Shown in pieces: positions 25,720-38,969 of a stretch of 64,000 nt of DNA; position 1 is the first letter of the stretch; the number at the start of each line of letters is the position of its first letter. The notes under the pieces were generated by a model. That model had not been told where the DNA came from and made no database searches. It saw nothing but the letters and a program-made list of their open reading frames with translations. The DNA is taken from NCBI GenBank assembly GCA_025786725.1, contig JAHLTZ010000036.1, positions 1-64,000 of the forward strand. The letters run 5' to 3'. The DNA comes from Syncephalis fuscata S228. Lineage: Eukaryota > Fungi > Zoopagomycota. Made by a program: the position numbers and the translations under genes.

Positions 25720-27870
25720 TTAAGACTTTGCTGCAGGAGCGTATTTGCTCTTGATCTTGTCGTAAACTTCGGGGAAAGCACCAATGGCTTTGTATTTTCT
25801 ACGGCATTCTCGGTATAATGTATGGTCAAACATCTAGATATTAAAATATAATCATCATTAGTATTATGATGTTATTACAATTACGTAATTTATCTTACCT
25901 CTTCAAATTCAGTACGAGTCATAAAGCAATCGGCATAGAGCAGTTGATAGCCGACAATATCGCGGGCAAACTTTTCCATACGACGGACTTCGGCAATAGC
26001 ATCCCATGGCTGTTTGTTCTTTACCATGGGTGGCACGCCGTATACGCCCACGTCACAGTACATTTCGTATTGACGGCCATTGCTATCGGTACGCAAATTA
26101 CGAGGCTTACGCAGCATACCTTGACAGCCTCGCTCTTGCTTGTAAATACGGACTGGATAGAATAGAAGTGGATCTATTTAGAAATATGACATTATAGTTA
26201 ATAAAGTTTCAAATAAATATGCATAATATGCATGATATATATATATATATAACAATACTTACAGACATCAAAGGCATTATCGAACAAATCAACTGTTTCT
26301 CCCAATTTGCTAAGAGGAGCAATAATATCCTAATGAATGATTAGAAATAATATACGAATATTATTAGTTTAAATAAATTATGTTAATTAATTTAAACTGT
26401 AAGTAAATTTACCTGAACAACATGATTAAATACAGATGCTTCACGTACGGCCTCGGTCGATGTCAATTTAATAAAAGCAATCTTGGGTGCGCCAAGCCAG
26501 GCAAATACCCAGCGATACCACCATTCATTACAGAATGGAATAACTTCACGAAGTTCCCAGAAGATACTGCGAGTATGTCGATGATAGTACTGACGCAATG
26601 GAACCCATTCTTCGCCCGGACCACTTTCCAAGAAAGACTCTACGTGCTTGTAGAACCACGGTTTGTACCATTTGCCAATATGACTGACTGATTTGCCGGC
26701 TGGTGGTCCATCACTGAAGTCGCCCGTGAAAATAACTGCTGTATCTTTACTGTAGATGGTGGCTTCAACAAACTCGGGTGCATTAGGTGCTTGAGTAATC
26801 ATAGACAATTTGCTGGTGTATTCATTTTGTGTATGGCATGGAATATACTATACAAGCAAGAAAGATAAATACGTTATTTCAATACTAAATTTGGTTCTAT
26901 AACACCTACCTTGACGTGTACATATGGCTTAACTGGGACAATCTTTAATTCGGCTGCTACCAAAAAGCCCAATGTTCCTAATAAATAAATAATTTAATTT
27001 AAACACCGCTTCCGTTAATACCCGTTAATAATTATTAATGTAGTTGTTATTACCATGACTCCAAGGAAGCGCGTAGAATAGATCGGTATTCTCTTCGCGC
27101 GAGCAGCGTACCAGTGAACCATCGCCAAGAACAACTTCGTAAGCAATGACCGTCTCCGATAAAAAGCCGTAGATATGTGAGCTGACTTCAACGCCCACGC
27201 CCATGAGAAGACCGCCCACAGTAAGATCGTCCATTTCAACCATGACGGATAAAGCATACCCCATTGGAATAAGATGACGTGTAATTTGGCCCATATCAAC
27301 AAGTGGTTCACAGCGTACTGTCATGCGCTCAGTATCCACTTGAAGAATATCATGAAGATTAATCTTAATCTTCTCGCAAGTATCTTTAAATGACTCGACA
27401 CGGATACTCATGGCCAACCAGGGTGGGCGCGCCGTAACCATTGGCTTTTGACGGCCGGCGTCATTCCAGGCTTTGACCTGTCTTTGGACATCGCGGACCC
27501 GTGTGTCGTGCAAATGAGGCGTGGACAAAAATGTACGATAATACCAATTGCGGACACGGAAGTACTGATCAAAGGTAAATGAAAGTGGCAATACAGTAAA
27601 TACCAGAAACCAGCCGCGATGTTCAGTGAGAAAGTCGACCAATGGACTGTAGAGCGGTGTCTTTTGGAATGCAGTAAATAGCGGCAATAGCGTAAAATTA
27701 AAGACAGTTGATAAAACAAGCTGTACTGCTTGAAGTACGGGCAAAACAAGGAACGTCCAGATAAAGGTAAATAGGCCGACGAATTGATTATCGATCCAGC
27801 GAACCGTTTGCTTTATGAACGAGCCTTGATGACTCGTATAATCCTGTCGATGCGCAGTATCGAGCGACAT
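25720..27870 (-). CDS. DHCR24: Delta(24)-sterol reductase (DHCR24/DIMINUTO family, FAD-linked)
   Basis: VRCEPLVDMGQ, EMDDLTVGGLLMGVGVEVSSHIYG, LFYALPWSHG, WYKPWFYKHVE, YYHRHTRSIFWE, GAFPEVYDK. Confidence 0.93.
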
Positions 27871-28479
27871 CGTGGTAGCGGGTGATAATAAGGCTATATA
27901 GCTATATAGACGAACGGGCCAACGACGATTGAGTGTGGTGCGTGTGGCCACACAAAATAATTACAAAGTAAGAGTGGCGATATAGCGACGGGATGGTGCG
28001 GGCGGGTACGCTAAGCCTTGCCATTGTTTTTAAATCTAACGCCAATGGCGAGTGCATCCATCCTTTCCGTAGAACGAGCGGAGAGCACAATAGGTGACGT
28101 ACTCGATGACGAAGCTGATTAGTCTACACGTGAACCGTTTGTATTTGGATTCGGCTATTCGCTCAATTTCCCATCGTACGACATGTTTAGGCATGCCGCC
28201 TAAGGTGATGGTGGCACGGCCATTCTTTCTAAACGCATGTGTTGGTCGAATGTGCTTTATTTAACAATGCGGCAGGACTACTGATATGCAGATAAGAACA
28301 GTAGTAACAAAAGCTTTAATGGCAGTGGCGATGTTTGTTCTATGTCTTTCCATTTTTTAACGTACCAATAGCTTGTTACACGTTAACTATCTGTGTAACA
28401 GGCAATTGCCGTCAATATTTGCTAAAGAAATGGGTATTTAAATGTTTTTATTAAAACTGTAAACAAACAGTGGTTTAGA

Positions 28480-29512
28480 TTGAATGGTACTTTGACTTCT
28501 CCTATTTTGAGTCTCCAAAGCAAAATTTGTTCCAATCAGAGTCATGTCGTTGTTATACGCAACATAGTTATATTACTTCCTATTGAAATATTATTAATAA
28601 ATTGATTTAAATAAATAATGTAGCATACTATTTAATTTCTTTAAAATGTTTGAGGCCGATTATTGCTGTTGTTGGCCGTGTATAGAAAGATTGATCGAAT
28701 ATTAATAAAAGCCATTGATCGCAATTCCATGTCATTCCACATTGATTATTGTTGCATCTAAATGGTCTCTTTTATTTTCTAATGTTCTACTGTTGCATTT
28801 TGGGCATATTGTGATGTAAGATCAAAATTAATATAACTATTATAAAAGTCCTTTATTAAACAGCCACTTGATAATAAAATTCCATTTATTACTTTTGGAG
28901 TTGCTCGATTTGTCACTTTTATGAAAGGCAAGGTCGCTGGCCTGGCCAATCGTTGCAGAAAGGTGCTCAAAACTGGTGAGTAACAAGGATTCTTGGTAAT
29001 TGTAGATATTGACGAATACAATACATCAAAAGTCTGTTCCAAATGCAAGAAAAAGGAGATGGCAGGTTTACATCTGGAAGAACACAACAGCACAATGCAT
29101 AGCGTACTTGTTTGTCAAAACAATGATTGTCGTACGGTATGGCAGCGTGATGTTAATGCCAGCAGAAACATGCACAGTATATTCAGTACAATGACCAGTG
29201 GTGAACCAAGGCCCTCTGATTTCTTACCGCCTATTATTATAAGAATCAAACTGACACTATTGTATCAACATCATAATTAAATGTAATATTTTATTGCAAG
29301 TAGTATGAATACTATTTAACATTTATTAACACTGATATTGGACATTAAAGATAGTACTGATTAATTGGCACTGATTAATTCAATCGAGTTGATGTGGCAC
29401 TGCTTCAACAAATAACACTTTTCAGTAGTAAAAACTGATTGACGGTTTACTATTCAAGTTATTGATTTTTTATCCCCATTTTAAGGATAGGGGCATAAAG
29501 TAAAGTAGCTCC
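28480..29512 (+). mobile_element. Degenerate Fanzor-carrying DNA element (right end 29512 well defined; left end uncertain)
   Basis: Right end is defined by loss of homology to 4177-4505. Sequence at 28487-28510 weakly resembles the reverse complement of the right end. Confidence 0.6.
28846..29280 (+). pseudogene. Fanzor1 (TnpB-like) C-terminal fragment: RuvC-II, zinc finger, RuvC-III; in-frame stop at 28981
   Basis: KIPFITFG...KGKVAGL...LK..E*QGFLVIVDIDEYNTSKVCSKC...HSVLVCQNNDCRTVWQRDVNASRNM, the hallmark Fanzor1 DE-CxxC-CxxxxC-WxRDxNA arrangement. Confidence 0.9.
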
Positions 29513-29532
29513 AAAAGCTTAAAAAGATTAAC
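29281..29532 (+). ncRNA. Candidate Fanzor omega-RNA, copy 2
   Basis: Lies directly 3' of the Fanzor ORF. Hairpins at 29359-29380, 29388-29409 and 29432-29448 match the positions in copy 1. Confidence 0.55.
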
Positions 29533-29690
29533 ATTGTTTATTGTGTATAAAACAGAATGCGACAGGAAATAACTGATTGTATAATTATGGTAATACTTGT
29601 AATTTGTAATTAAAAAGCTTTTTATTGAATAAAAATAAAAAATAAAAATAAAAAATCTCTATTATTTTGAATTCCATTAGTCAAATTGCA

Positions 29691-30501
29691 ATGCCGAAAA
29701 TCGCCACTAGTAACAAAGGCAAGCTATCTAAGGCAAAGAGAAGCTACTTGAAAGGACCGTCGGCTGGTAAGAAACAGAAATCACTTGTAACGCCAACAGC
29801 AGCAACACGCAATGAGAATCAATCACAAGAAAAAAATAAGCAGCAGCGTAACGCGTCCAAAGCAATCGTAGAGGACGCAATGCCAGAACAAAGCGTAGGG
29901 CCAGTCAAAGAGAAGAAACAGCGTAAGAATAAAACGTATCTTGACCAGGTAATATTTACTTCTTATGTTAAACGATTGTCGGTGTAATAACGTTTAGATA
30001 ATTGTGTGTAAATAGAATTCAATGCTTCATCTTGTTGGCCTAATTAACGAATCAAAAGAAACAGTGATTGAACGCAAACTTGAAAAAGAGGCAAGTATCC
30101 TATTATTACTGGTGCTTTTTAATATGCATGGTTTGTTTCTAATGATGCTGATAATGATTAGGCACACATTGCTGAAAAGATCAAGGAACGTGATGCTAAA
30201 TTGGAAGAACGCAAACAGAAAAAGAAGGGCAAACTTGTAAGTGATGAGATGATTGTTTTGAGAGCGATAATAATTAATATGCTTTTTCAGAATGCTATTA
30301 AACGTGATTTGAAAGAGAAACAATCGAGAAAAGGTCGCCGTACACGAAGCCAAATGGATGATAAAGATACGCCAGATGCATCGCCCGAAAATAAGCCAGT
30401 AAGTAGCATTGTATCAGTAGGATTATTAGCTAATATCGTTTATTATTATTTATAATTTTTTATTATAGGCAAGTCAAGTAAAACGCGTTCGATTTGGATG
30501 A
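29691..30501 (+). CDS. LOC1: Loc1-like 60S ribosome assembly factor (lysine-rich, 5 exons)
   Basis: KNKTYLDQ|NSMLHLVGLINESKETVIERKLEKE, charged coiled coil, C-terminal KRVRFG; GC donor at 30091. Confidence 0.65.
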
Positions 30502-30818
30502 TTTACAATAAAATGCAGTCTACATTTATACAGAAAATAGCCAATTGTTACGCTGTGATGATTATAGTTTTTTGTAATAAAACGTATTTTATTTGATGCC
30601 ATCAAAGATTATTTCTACGCAGCTATTTCAGTTTTACCATGAAAACATATTGTTACAATAAGTTGTTGGTTTTTCTAATTAAGAAATCATTTGATATTAA
30701 CTTTATGAAAACCTCTATTTAAATATTTTGTATTGGATGAATATTAATATTAGCAGAATTACAATATAAATGTTTTATAATTGCATATTTATTACAATTC
30801 TAACATAATTTCCAATTA

Positions 30819-31265
30819 GTATTGAATCAATTGCTGTTATTTATCCAAATTTTATTATTACTATACAAGAAACACCTACACAACACAATCGGCTAGTGCC
30901 ACTTGTTACTTTGCTGTATCTAATGAATCTGCTTCTATTTATATCGTCATTGCCACTACAATATGCACTAGTTATTGGAAATAAAACAAACTTTTTAAAT
31001 TTATTAGTAAGTATCGGGAAAATGACATTAATAAATAAGCATAGAAAACCACCAATATTCACCACCGACATGCTAGGTAACAAAAACAAGTGCAATATTT
31101 TCATTTGGATATCTTATAATATTTACTGAAAATACAATAAAAGAAGCAAGACATAATGAGTACACAACTTATGCTGGCGCACTCGTGTCCTCAAATATCG
31201 GTTTAGATATACGACTGATACTCGAAAATAGCACATATTACAGGACAACAGTCACATATAATTAA
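30819..31265 (+). pseudogene. Truncated, decayed paralogue of the 3' end of the downstream multi-TM gene
   Basis: VTKTSAIFSFGYLIIFTENTIKKQD vs VTKICAIFTLGFLMVFTGNMMENQD, and YAGALVSSNIGLDIRLILENSTYYRTTVTYN* vs YADAIMSSNIDPDAQSILRDSTYYNTTTTYN*. Same intron position. Confidence 0.85.
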
Positions 31266-31817
31266 ATTGATACATGCTTTATCTATTACTACAACTATTC
31301 AATATCGTTTATTACATTGGTGATGGTAACTATCAATAACTTATAAAATATTTTAAACATATTAATTTTTTAAGCAAAACTGCATAAATATAGCATAAAA
31401 CAAAATCCCAGTAATTTAGAAATGCGTAAACGCGCTACAAATCTGCACAAGGCATAAACAGGTATTGACAGATGGGCCATAGACAGCCCTGGTACCTGGT
31501 CTAGGCCTAAAACAACAAATTTTTATTTTAGTACAGTAAAAACCTGAATTAAGTAAACAGGCCAATGATATGTACTAAAAACACCAAATGCCAAAAAAAA
31601 GATCAAAGTTCAAGTATGGCGACCTGTATTTACACTTGAAACCGGCTAAAATAAATAACAAAAAAATGAATCTAGACTCTATAAAGTATTAGGCGTCAAT
31701 AGAGCCTTTAGAACTGACACTACTTTTATCAACTTTTATTGTCATCTCCGTAAATATATAAACATTTGCTAATACGTATCACCACTACTTATAACGAATA
31801 CATTGGCTTGTGCAGAT

Positions 31818-33736
31818 ATGTTGGCTATACAAGCATTTGTTTTATTATGCTGCATCCCATTGGTTTTTAGCACTGCAGTATTTCACGTAAACAATCAGAC
31901 ATTTCAATATCACACACAAGATTTGTTTGAAATTGAAGCTGCGCCGTATACAGCTCATGGTGTCTTATTAGACGCTGTATTTGATCAGAATGCAACATGT
32001 GAGATATCACCATCTGTTCTTGATACAGCTCGATCTGCGCTAAATAGTGTAAGATTCGACAATATCACAAGTGTGATTATTGCTGTTGACGAATACAAAG
32101 CATTTGAAAGTGGATGCGAGACAATCACTCATGTAGGTCATCAGTATCGTTAGTGCGATAGCATGTTCTAATTATCGGTATAACTAGACGGGAATCGCAG
32201 TTGCTAAACTTAACCAATATTTAAATGCTACAAGTGGACTCTCGGTTAATGCGGCGCTATATATAGCTCATATGAAACCGGGTCCTGGCTTTGGTGCATA
32301 TTCCGCCTTAACCTATTCAACATTTGGGTTCAGCTGTTACGAAGGCGCTCCACCAGTCGACATGGCATTGCTACCTTATGACAATTATATGACTGTCGTA
32401 GATGCAAGTCATGGGCTAAACACAACAGTCATTGTGACAGTCAAAGAAGGTAATTGGTTTGCTTTAATATTGAATATCACATTTGTATACTAGCTAATAT
32501 ATAAAATGATGGATCGATAGAAGCAGGACCCTGGAATGATGTTTTCTTATCAGCTGGATATAAAGTATTTATATATTGCACACTAGCTGTATTTATAAGC
32601 ATTATACTGTACAGTTTCTTAATTTTATATCGTTTGATCAAAACAAAGAGAACTATTACTAGGCGGCACATTGTGATATATGTTTCCGCGCTATGTGCTG
32701 CATTCGTAAGGCAACCTTTCCACCACTGGTAGTAATATAATGCTAACTATTTAATTCTGTGTTTTTGCGTTAGTGTGTGCGTCAAGCTTAACGCTTAAAC
32801 TAAGCAGCTTAGCTTATGAGTGGGTAGTATTTTCTCAAGGGTTTTTCATGCACATTGGATTTTATCTGCTGCTATTGCTATGGTATGTTGGATGCTTTAA
32901 CAGAAAATTAACGCTAGCTTTATTAAAATTTGCTAATAACAATAATAATGAATAGGCATTCGCTTGCAATTAATGTGCAAGATAGTCGATATTTATTACA
33001 GTTCCGATATGCTATTATTATTTCGTTTGCGGTTGCAACTATCAATCAGCTACTACGTGTTATCTATGCGTTTATTCCAACATCTGTGACATATAACACA
33101 ATACGAATGGTCGCCGCTCTTCTTGTGGCACCGTTTCAAATTATTGTTATTGTTGCGTTCACTTATTACGGTAATACTGTAGAATTATTTCTAAATGGCA
33201 TAATGCTAAATTGTCTGTATTTAGGCATAGCATTCTGGCTAAAACAAGGCGATTTACTGGCAGATAGTACAGCGAAATACACACTGCTATTAGTAAGTAT
33301 TAAGAAATTTACATTAATAGGCAAAATACAAAAACTGTGCTATCTAACACTATCATAATAGGTGACCAAGATATGTGCAATATTCACACTAGGATTTCTG
33401 ATGGTATTTACTGGAAATATGATGGAAAATCAAGATGCTTGGCGTTATGGCGTTAAAGTTGAACTTATCTGCGTGATTCTTCTTAAACTTTCGTTTGTTG
33501 TGCGTATTAGCGTACTTCTTTTCGTTATTGATCTACGTCCGAAATCTGATAGTTGGTGTAATAATAGAGTGGCAATTGGTATAGGCAACAAAAAGGATAC
33601 TACAACTTCGGTACAGAGATTGAATAATAGATCCACAAATTATGCTGATGCAATCATGTCATCGAACATCGATCCAGATGCACAGTCGATACTCAGAGAT
33701 AGCACATATTACAACACGACTACTACATATAATTAA
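31818..33736 (+). CDS. Uncharacterised membrane protein: signal peptide, glycosylated ectodomain and about 7 TM helices (GPCR-like topology)
   Basis: Hydrophobic N-terminus, several NxS/T sites, GPWNDVFLS preceding TM1, about 7 hydrophobic segments over spliced exons, polar tail. Confidence 0.75.
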
Positions 33737-34120
33737 GTTAATAGTCAGCTTATTAGCAGCGATAATTATTTAATAGTGCTTATTACATTATTGCTAATAG
33801 CTATTAGTAATTCATAAAGCACAAATACAGCTTAGTACCAATAAACCATTTTTAAGTACATTGATTTTTCACAAAATAGCATAGGCATAGCACGAATTAA
33901 GCAATTTGGTAATTGAGAAATGTAAAATATGACATAGCTTGCAAAAATACACAATAAATATTCCAAATGTTTATTTTAGACTATCAAAAATGTAATTAAT
34001 ATAAAATGTATTATTACAAAAAATCATTTTATACAAATTTTGTAAAAAAGCCTTTATTTTAAATCTCTTATATTGAACAGATATCAATACGGAAAAGAGA
34101 ATTACAATGTATTTAATTAA

Positions 34121-36321
34121 CTAGTTGGCAGGTGTGGTGGTGGTGGCAGCAGCAACTACTGTAGCTTCAGCCTCATCTTCAACTGGCTTCATAGCCGGGA
34201 ATAAAAGCACTTCCTTAATATTGTTCGAGTCCGTGAGGAACATAACAAGACGGTCAATGCCTAGACCCCAGCCACCAGTTGGCGGTAGACCATACTCGAG
34301 TGCCGTACAGAAGTTCTCGTCGATAAGCTGAGCCTCATCATCACCGGCTGCCTTATCCTTCGCTTGTTGAGCAAAACGGCTACGCTGATCAAATGGATCG
34401 TTCAATTCGGTGTAAGCATTACAGATTTCCTTAGTAGCGACAAAGCATTCGAATCGCTCGCACAGCCCAGGAATATCCCGATGTCTAAGTATTAAGGTGT
34501 AAGTAACAAAGTGTATTTTTTAACCTCTACAATTAGATTTTCACTTACTTCTTAGCCAATGGACTCATAATCTGTGGATGGCCACAGATAAATGATGGGT
34601 TAATGCACTGAACTTCAATAAAGTCGCCCACCAACTTGTCGAGCAAACGAGCGCTGGTACGTGGTGCTGAGCAGTCCACATTGTGCTTGACACAGAGATC
34701 GCTTAAGAATTGGCGACCTTCCTCGGTGGCAAACGTTTCTGGCGAAGGGAACTTAACAGAAAGCTTATTCTCCAGCTCTTCAATCATATTGATACGACGG
34801 AATGGTGGAGTAAAGTCAATTTCCATTGGTGGCTCTTCGGGGCCATTGGCGTGATATGTCACCTTGTATCCACCGGTAACATACTTGACCATACCAGAAA
34901 CCATCGACTCGGTAATTTCCATAAGATCGTACATATCGGCGTAGGCCATATAGAATTCGCAAGTGGTGAATTCAGGATTGTGGGTCATATCAATGCCTTC
35001 ATTGCGGAATTGACGGCCAATTTCGTAGACACGATCCAGACCGCCTACCACTAGCATCTTGAGGTAAAGTTCGGGTGCAACACGCATAAACATATCAAGG
35101 TTCAAATCGTTGTGATGTGTGACGAATGGCTTCGCTGTGGCACCACCGGCAATCATGTTCATCATAGGTGTTTCAACCTATTAAATAGTGGTAGATATAA
35201 ATATAAATACATTGATCATTACTATTGGCATAGCGACGTACCTCAAGGAAACCAAGATTATCCAGGAAGCGGCGTACGTAATTGACAACCTTGGCACGAG
35301 AAATAAATTTGTTACGAACGTTATTGTTCATAATCAAGTCCAAATAACGTTGACGATAACGAGATTCCTATAAAATAAACTGTTAGTCTTTTTTATTCTA
35401 CAAGCTGGTCTATCTTTTACTTAATAATACTTACTTTATCGGTAAAGCCATAATGTGCCTTGGGCAACATGTGCAGGCATGGCGAAAGAAGGGTGACTTC
35501 CTTTGGGAAGATGGACAACTCGCCGCGCTTTGACTTGCCGGGGAAGCCACGCACGCCAACAATATCACCACGACGGAGATGGTCATGCATACGAGCGTAA
35601 TCGCCTTCAGCATCTTGTGCTTGAGCCATGATTTGGACCTTAATGCCTTCAGCGTGTAGATCGTAGAAGCGTAGATTGACACCAGATGCACGCTTGTTAT
35701 GAATGCGGCCTACGAACATTTATCGTTAGATTGGGTTATACTAATACTGATACTGATATAACTTTTAAATAGCCATTCTTACCTGCTACCGTAATAATCT
35801 CGCTCTCTAGACGTTCTCCAATCTCTAGCTTGCTGTATTTCTCGATAAAGTCCGTCAATGAAAGCGAAACGTTGAATTTATGCGGATAAGGTGTTGGACC
35901 TTCGGTGTACATTTTGGTGACGGCACGAGTACGCAATTCAAAGTATTGCTATAAAAATGTAAGCAGTGGTAAATGAGCTTATATACTATGGCTTACATTG
36001 GGATTCAGCTCTTCCTCATCGTCAGCAGCGGCAGTGGCTGCCTTCTTTGCCACGGGTGCTGGTTTGGCCGCCTATTTGCAACATTCTTGTTAGATTGCTA
36101 TATATGCTATATTATCTATTACCTTGGCTGCTTCTTTCTCGCGCTGCTTCATGCGACGCTTTAATTCGCTAAGCAGTAGTATTTGCAGTGGTTAGTATAC
36201 TGTATATACATATATCTATTGTTTACAATGCTGGTACTCACGTCTTAGAGACCTGCTCGCCAGTTACCTCATCGAGGTAGAGCTTGGTCGCGGCTGAAGC
36301 AGCAGTATCCTGGGCCGTCAT
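34121..36321 (-). CDS. KRS1: Cytosolic lysyl-tRNA synthetase (class II)
   Basis: [60 protein letters not shown]. Confidence 0.97.
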
Positions 36322-36607
36322 GGCTGACTGGAACAAGGCGATTATGTATTGACAAACGGCAACAAATGAAGTCGACGGATCAAGTCAACAAAACAAGAAA
36401 AAGAATAAAGAACAAAAGCGTGGTATATTTTTTAGTTTATTTAAACTCCCCTTTAATACGCCGATAGTTGCCCATCGTTGTAACCTTGCACTCTACAGCT
36501 TGATAGTAGTGCTTACTATACACAACATCGATAAAGATTGATAGTGTAAGAAAATGGATGGATCTAAGATCATCATAGATTTAATCATTGACGATAATAG
36601 ATTCGAT

Positions 36608-37375
36608 ATGAGTCAGTTGACGGTGACGAAGACAGCAACCATACCCACAATTGTTGTAGGCATTGTGGTGCTGGCCTATCGTTCAGTCAACAGTGATCAA
36701 GTCATTGTTGGTCTGCGAAAGGGCAAACATGGAGGTGGTAAGTAGTGAATTGCATACTAGTGTTGTCGAAAGCAATAATACTAAATGCTGCCGATATAAA
36801 CGTGTCTAATAGGCTCTTGGCAATTTCCAGGCGGTAATTCAGCGGTCAAGCATCAAAAGTAAAAGTAAAATACGTGTATCTTACATTTATTACATTATAG
36901 GTGGTCTAGAATTTGGAGAATCTTTTGAAGAATGCGCACAACGTAAGAAAGATCAATGCACAGCAAGATCATTTAATCGCTGATTATCCGATTAATTTAG
37001 GTGAATGCCATGAAGAAACCGGTCTAGAAATAGATGATGTACGGGTTATTACTTGCTTTAATGTACTTTTCAAAGAGGCAAATAAGCATTGTGTTGCAGT
37101 ATTTGTACGTGGTGTTTGTAAAAATCCAACGGCTGAACCACAGGTAAGATGCGATGGCTACATATAAAAATAAACATATCTTGTTTTGGCTTACTCAAGC
37201 TATTTGACTAGAATATGGAACCCGAGAAAAACGATGGCTGGCACTGGACGACCATGGCCGAGCTACGCGCGATGATTCGCCAATGCGTCCACTATTTGGC
37301 GGTACCGTTCCATTTCTAGCTTATTTGGAAGCACAGGGAGATCCTGATGGTCTACAATTAATATATACAGACTAA
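36608..37375 (+). CDS. Nudix hydrolase (NUDT15/MutT-like); 1-nt frameshift near 37270
   Basis: [37 protein letters not shown] Nudix box, NMEPEKNDGWHW, and PLF after the frame change. Confidence 0.88.
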
Positions 37376-37486
37376 TCTATAATGATTGTTATGTATTGAA
37401 ATAAATCGAGCTGTTGACAAATAATAATCACATTCTTTTAAGCTTCACACTGTGCTATTACAATTGTCGCTAAACACTCGGCAACA

Positions 37487-38804
37487 ATGGCTAGCACTGC
37501 TACTGCCTCTGGATCAGCAGCCGCCGAGACTGACCTTACCAAACTTGTATGGCACTTTCCGGAATGGCTTGGTGTAAGTATAGGCAATGATACGAGATGG
37601 ACGGGCGATAGATTAACAAGACGGCAACTTGTAGCAATTTGGTCCACTTAATCCCATTACTGTATTAGACTATTTCGAACACTCGCCGTTCTGGGATCCA
37701 ACCTGCAACAATGCTGTGCTAAAGATGCAAACGCAGTTTAACGCACTTGAAGCATTACAGGAACATCTACGGTAAGCAATGTAGTCGATTGTTGTAGTCT
37801 TATCAGCTAATATACCGCGTGTTAACTGTTTTGGTAATAGTCGCATGACAGGTGTAGAATTCTCGGTGATGCATGAACGATGGCCAGCTCTATTTGTTAT
37901 TAGAAAACAGCTACGTCGTGGGCCCAATGAAGGTAAGTTAGTGGACGTGTCATGTAAACATGTATATTAACATTGTTTTGTTAGTGGTACCATTGGCAGT
38001 TTATCACGTAGTGCATGGGCATGTATACCAATCACCAGACATGTTAACACTACTTAATACGCGTATTGTAGGTAAAGTGTGAATACAATAACAAAATTTG
38101 ACAAACCATTTATTAGTCGACGAGTCTGCATCATTTGGACAAAGCCATGAGTCGTGCAAGACAATTGGTAGATTTCCAACCGGCTCGTGGATATCAATGG
38201 CGTACGGAAGAGGTGATTAATGCCGAAAAAGAAAAGTACTATCAGCATGGTAAGTGGCCGATTTACAGTATGGCTATTATAAACAATATTGCATTATTAA
38301 CAAGTGATTAATTACCTAATTAATGATCAGAAATGGCCGTGTTAAGTATGGCTAGACGACAAGAAGCGCACCAATTCCATGTAAATATTGATCGGCTTAT
38401 GGCTTCGTTGGCCAGTGGTGCTGGCACATTTCCTACGAGCAATACTGCGGCATTTGCTGCAGGTACGGCCATGGGCCATGCAGGTACGTCTGGTGCTGCA
38501 TCGACCGGTCGTCTTACTTTGGCGTCAGTACAATCAGTTATGAGTCGTGCATCTCCAAATCAGCCAGGTAAACTGTCAATGCTAGCTGGTTTTGCTTAAC
38601 TAATAACAATGGCCATCGTTATAGCAGCTCAATTAGATGTAACACGTCGTAAAAAGAAAGGCGATGATGCAAGTGTATCGGGCAAGAAGAAGAAAAAGCG
38701 TAAGTTTATATAATAACGGTGTAGAAGAAATAACCAATGTGATGGATCAATTAGGTTCGCAAACTTCTCAGCCAATCTACGATAGTTCAAAAAGCAACAA
38801 TTAG
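37487..38804 (+). CDS. MED6: Mediator subunit 6
   Basis: WHFPEWL, VLDYFEHSPFWDPTCNNAVLKMQ, LFVIRKQLRRGP, GHVYQSPDM, FQPARGYQW. Confidence 0.9.
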
Positions 38805-38969
38805 CATAGACAATTGGTAGATATTTAAACTGGGTAGCTATTTGGTATAGTAATTTAATAAAAAGATGCAGTAAACATTTAATAGTTGTAATAATGGTAC
38901 AAATATTAAATTGGATATATTCTAACTATATTTATCCGCATATTAATCACCAATATATGTATATAATAG

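Noticed and set aside
28981-28983. In-frame stop in the Fanzor frame as readthrough or selenocysteine
   Set aside because: It is TAA in a 5'-truncated relic. No conserved in-frame TGA or SECIS was seen in any gene in the window.
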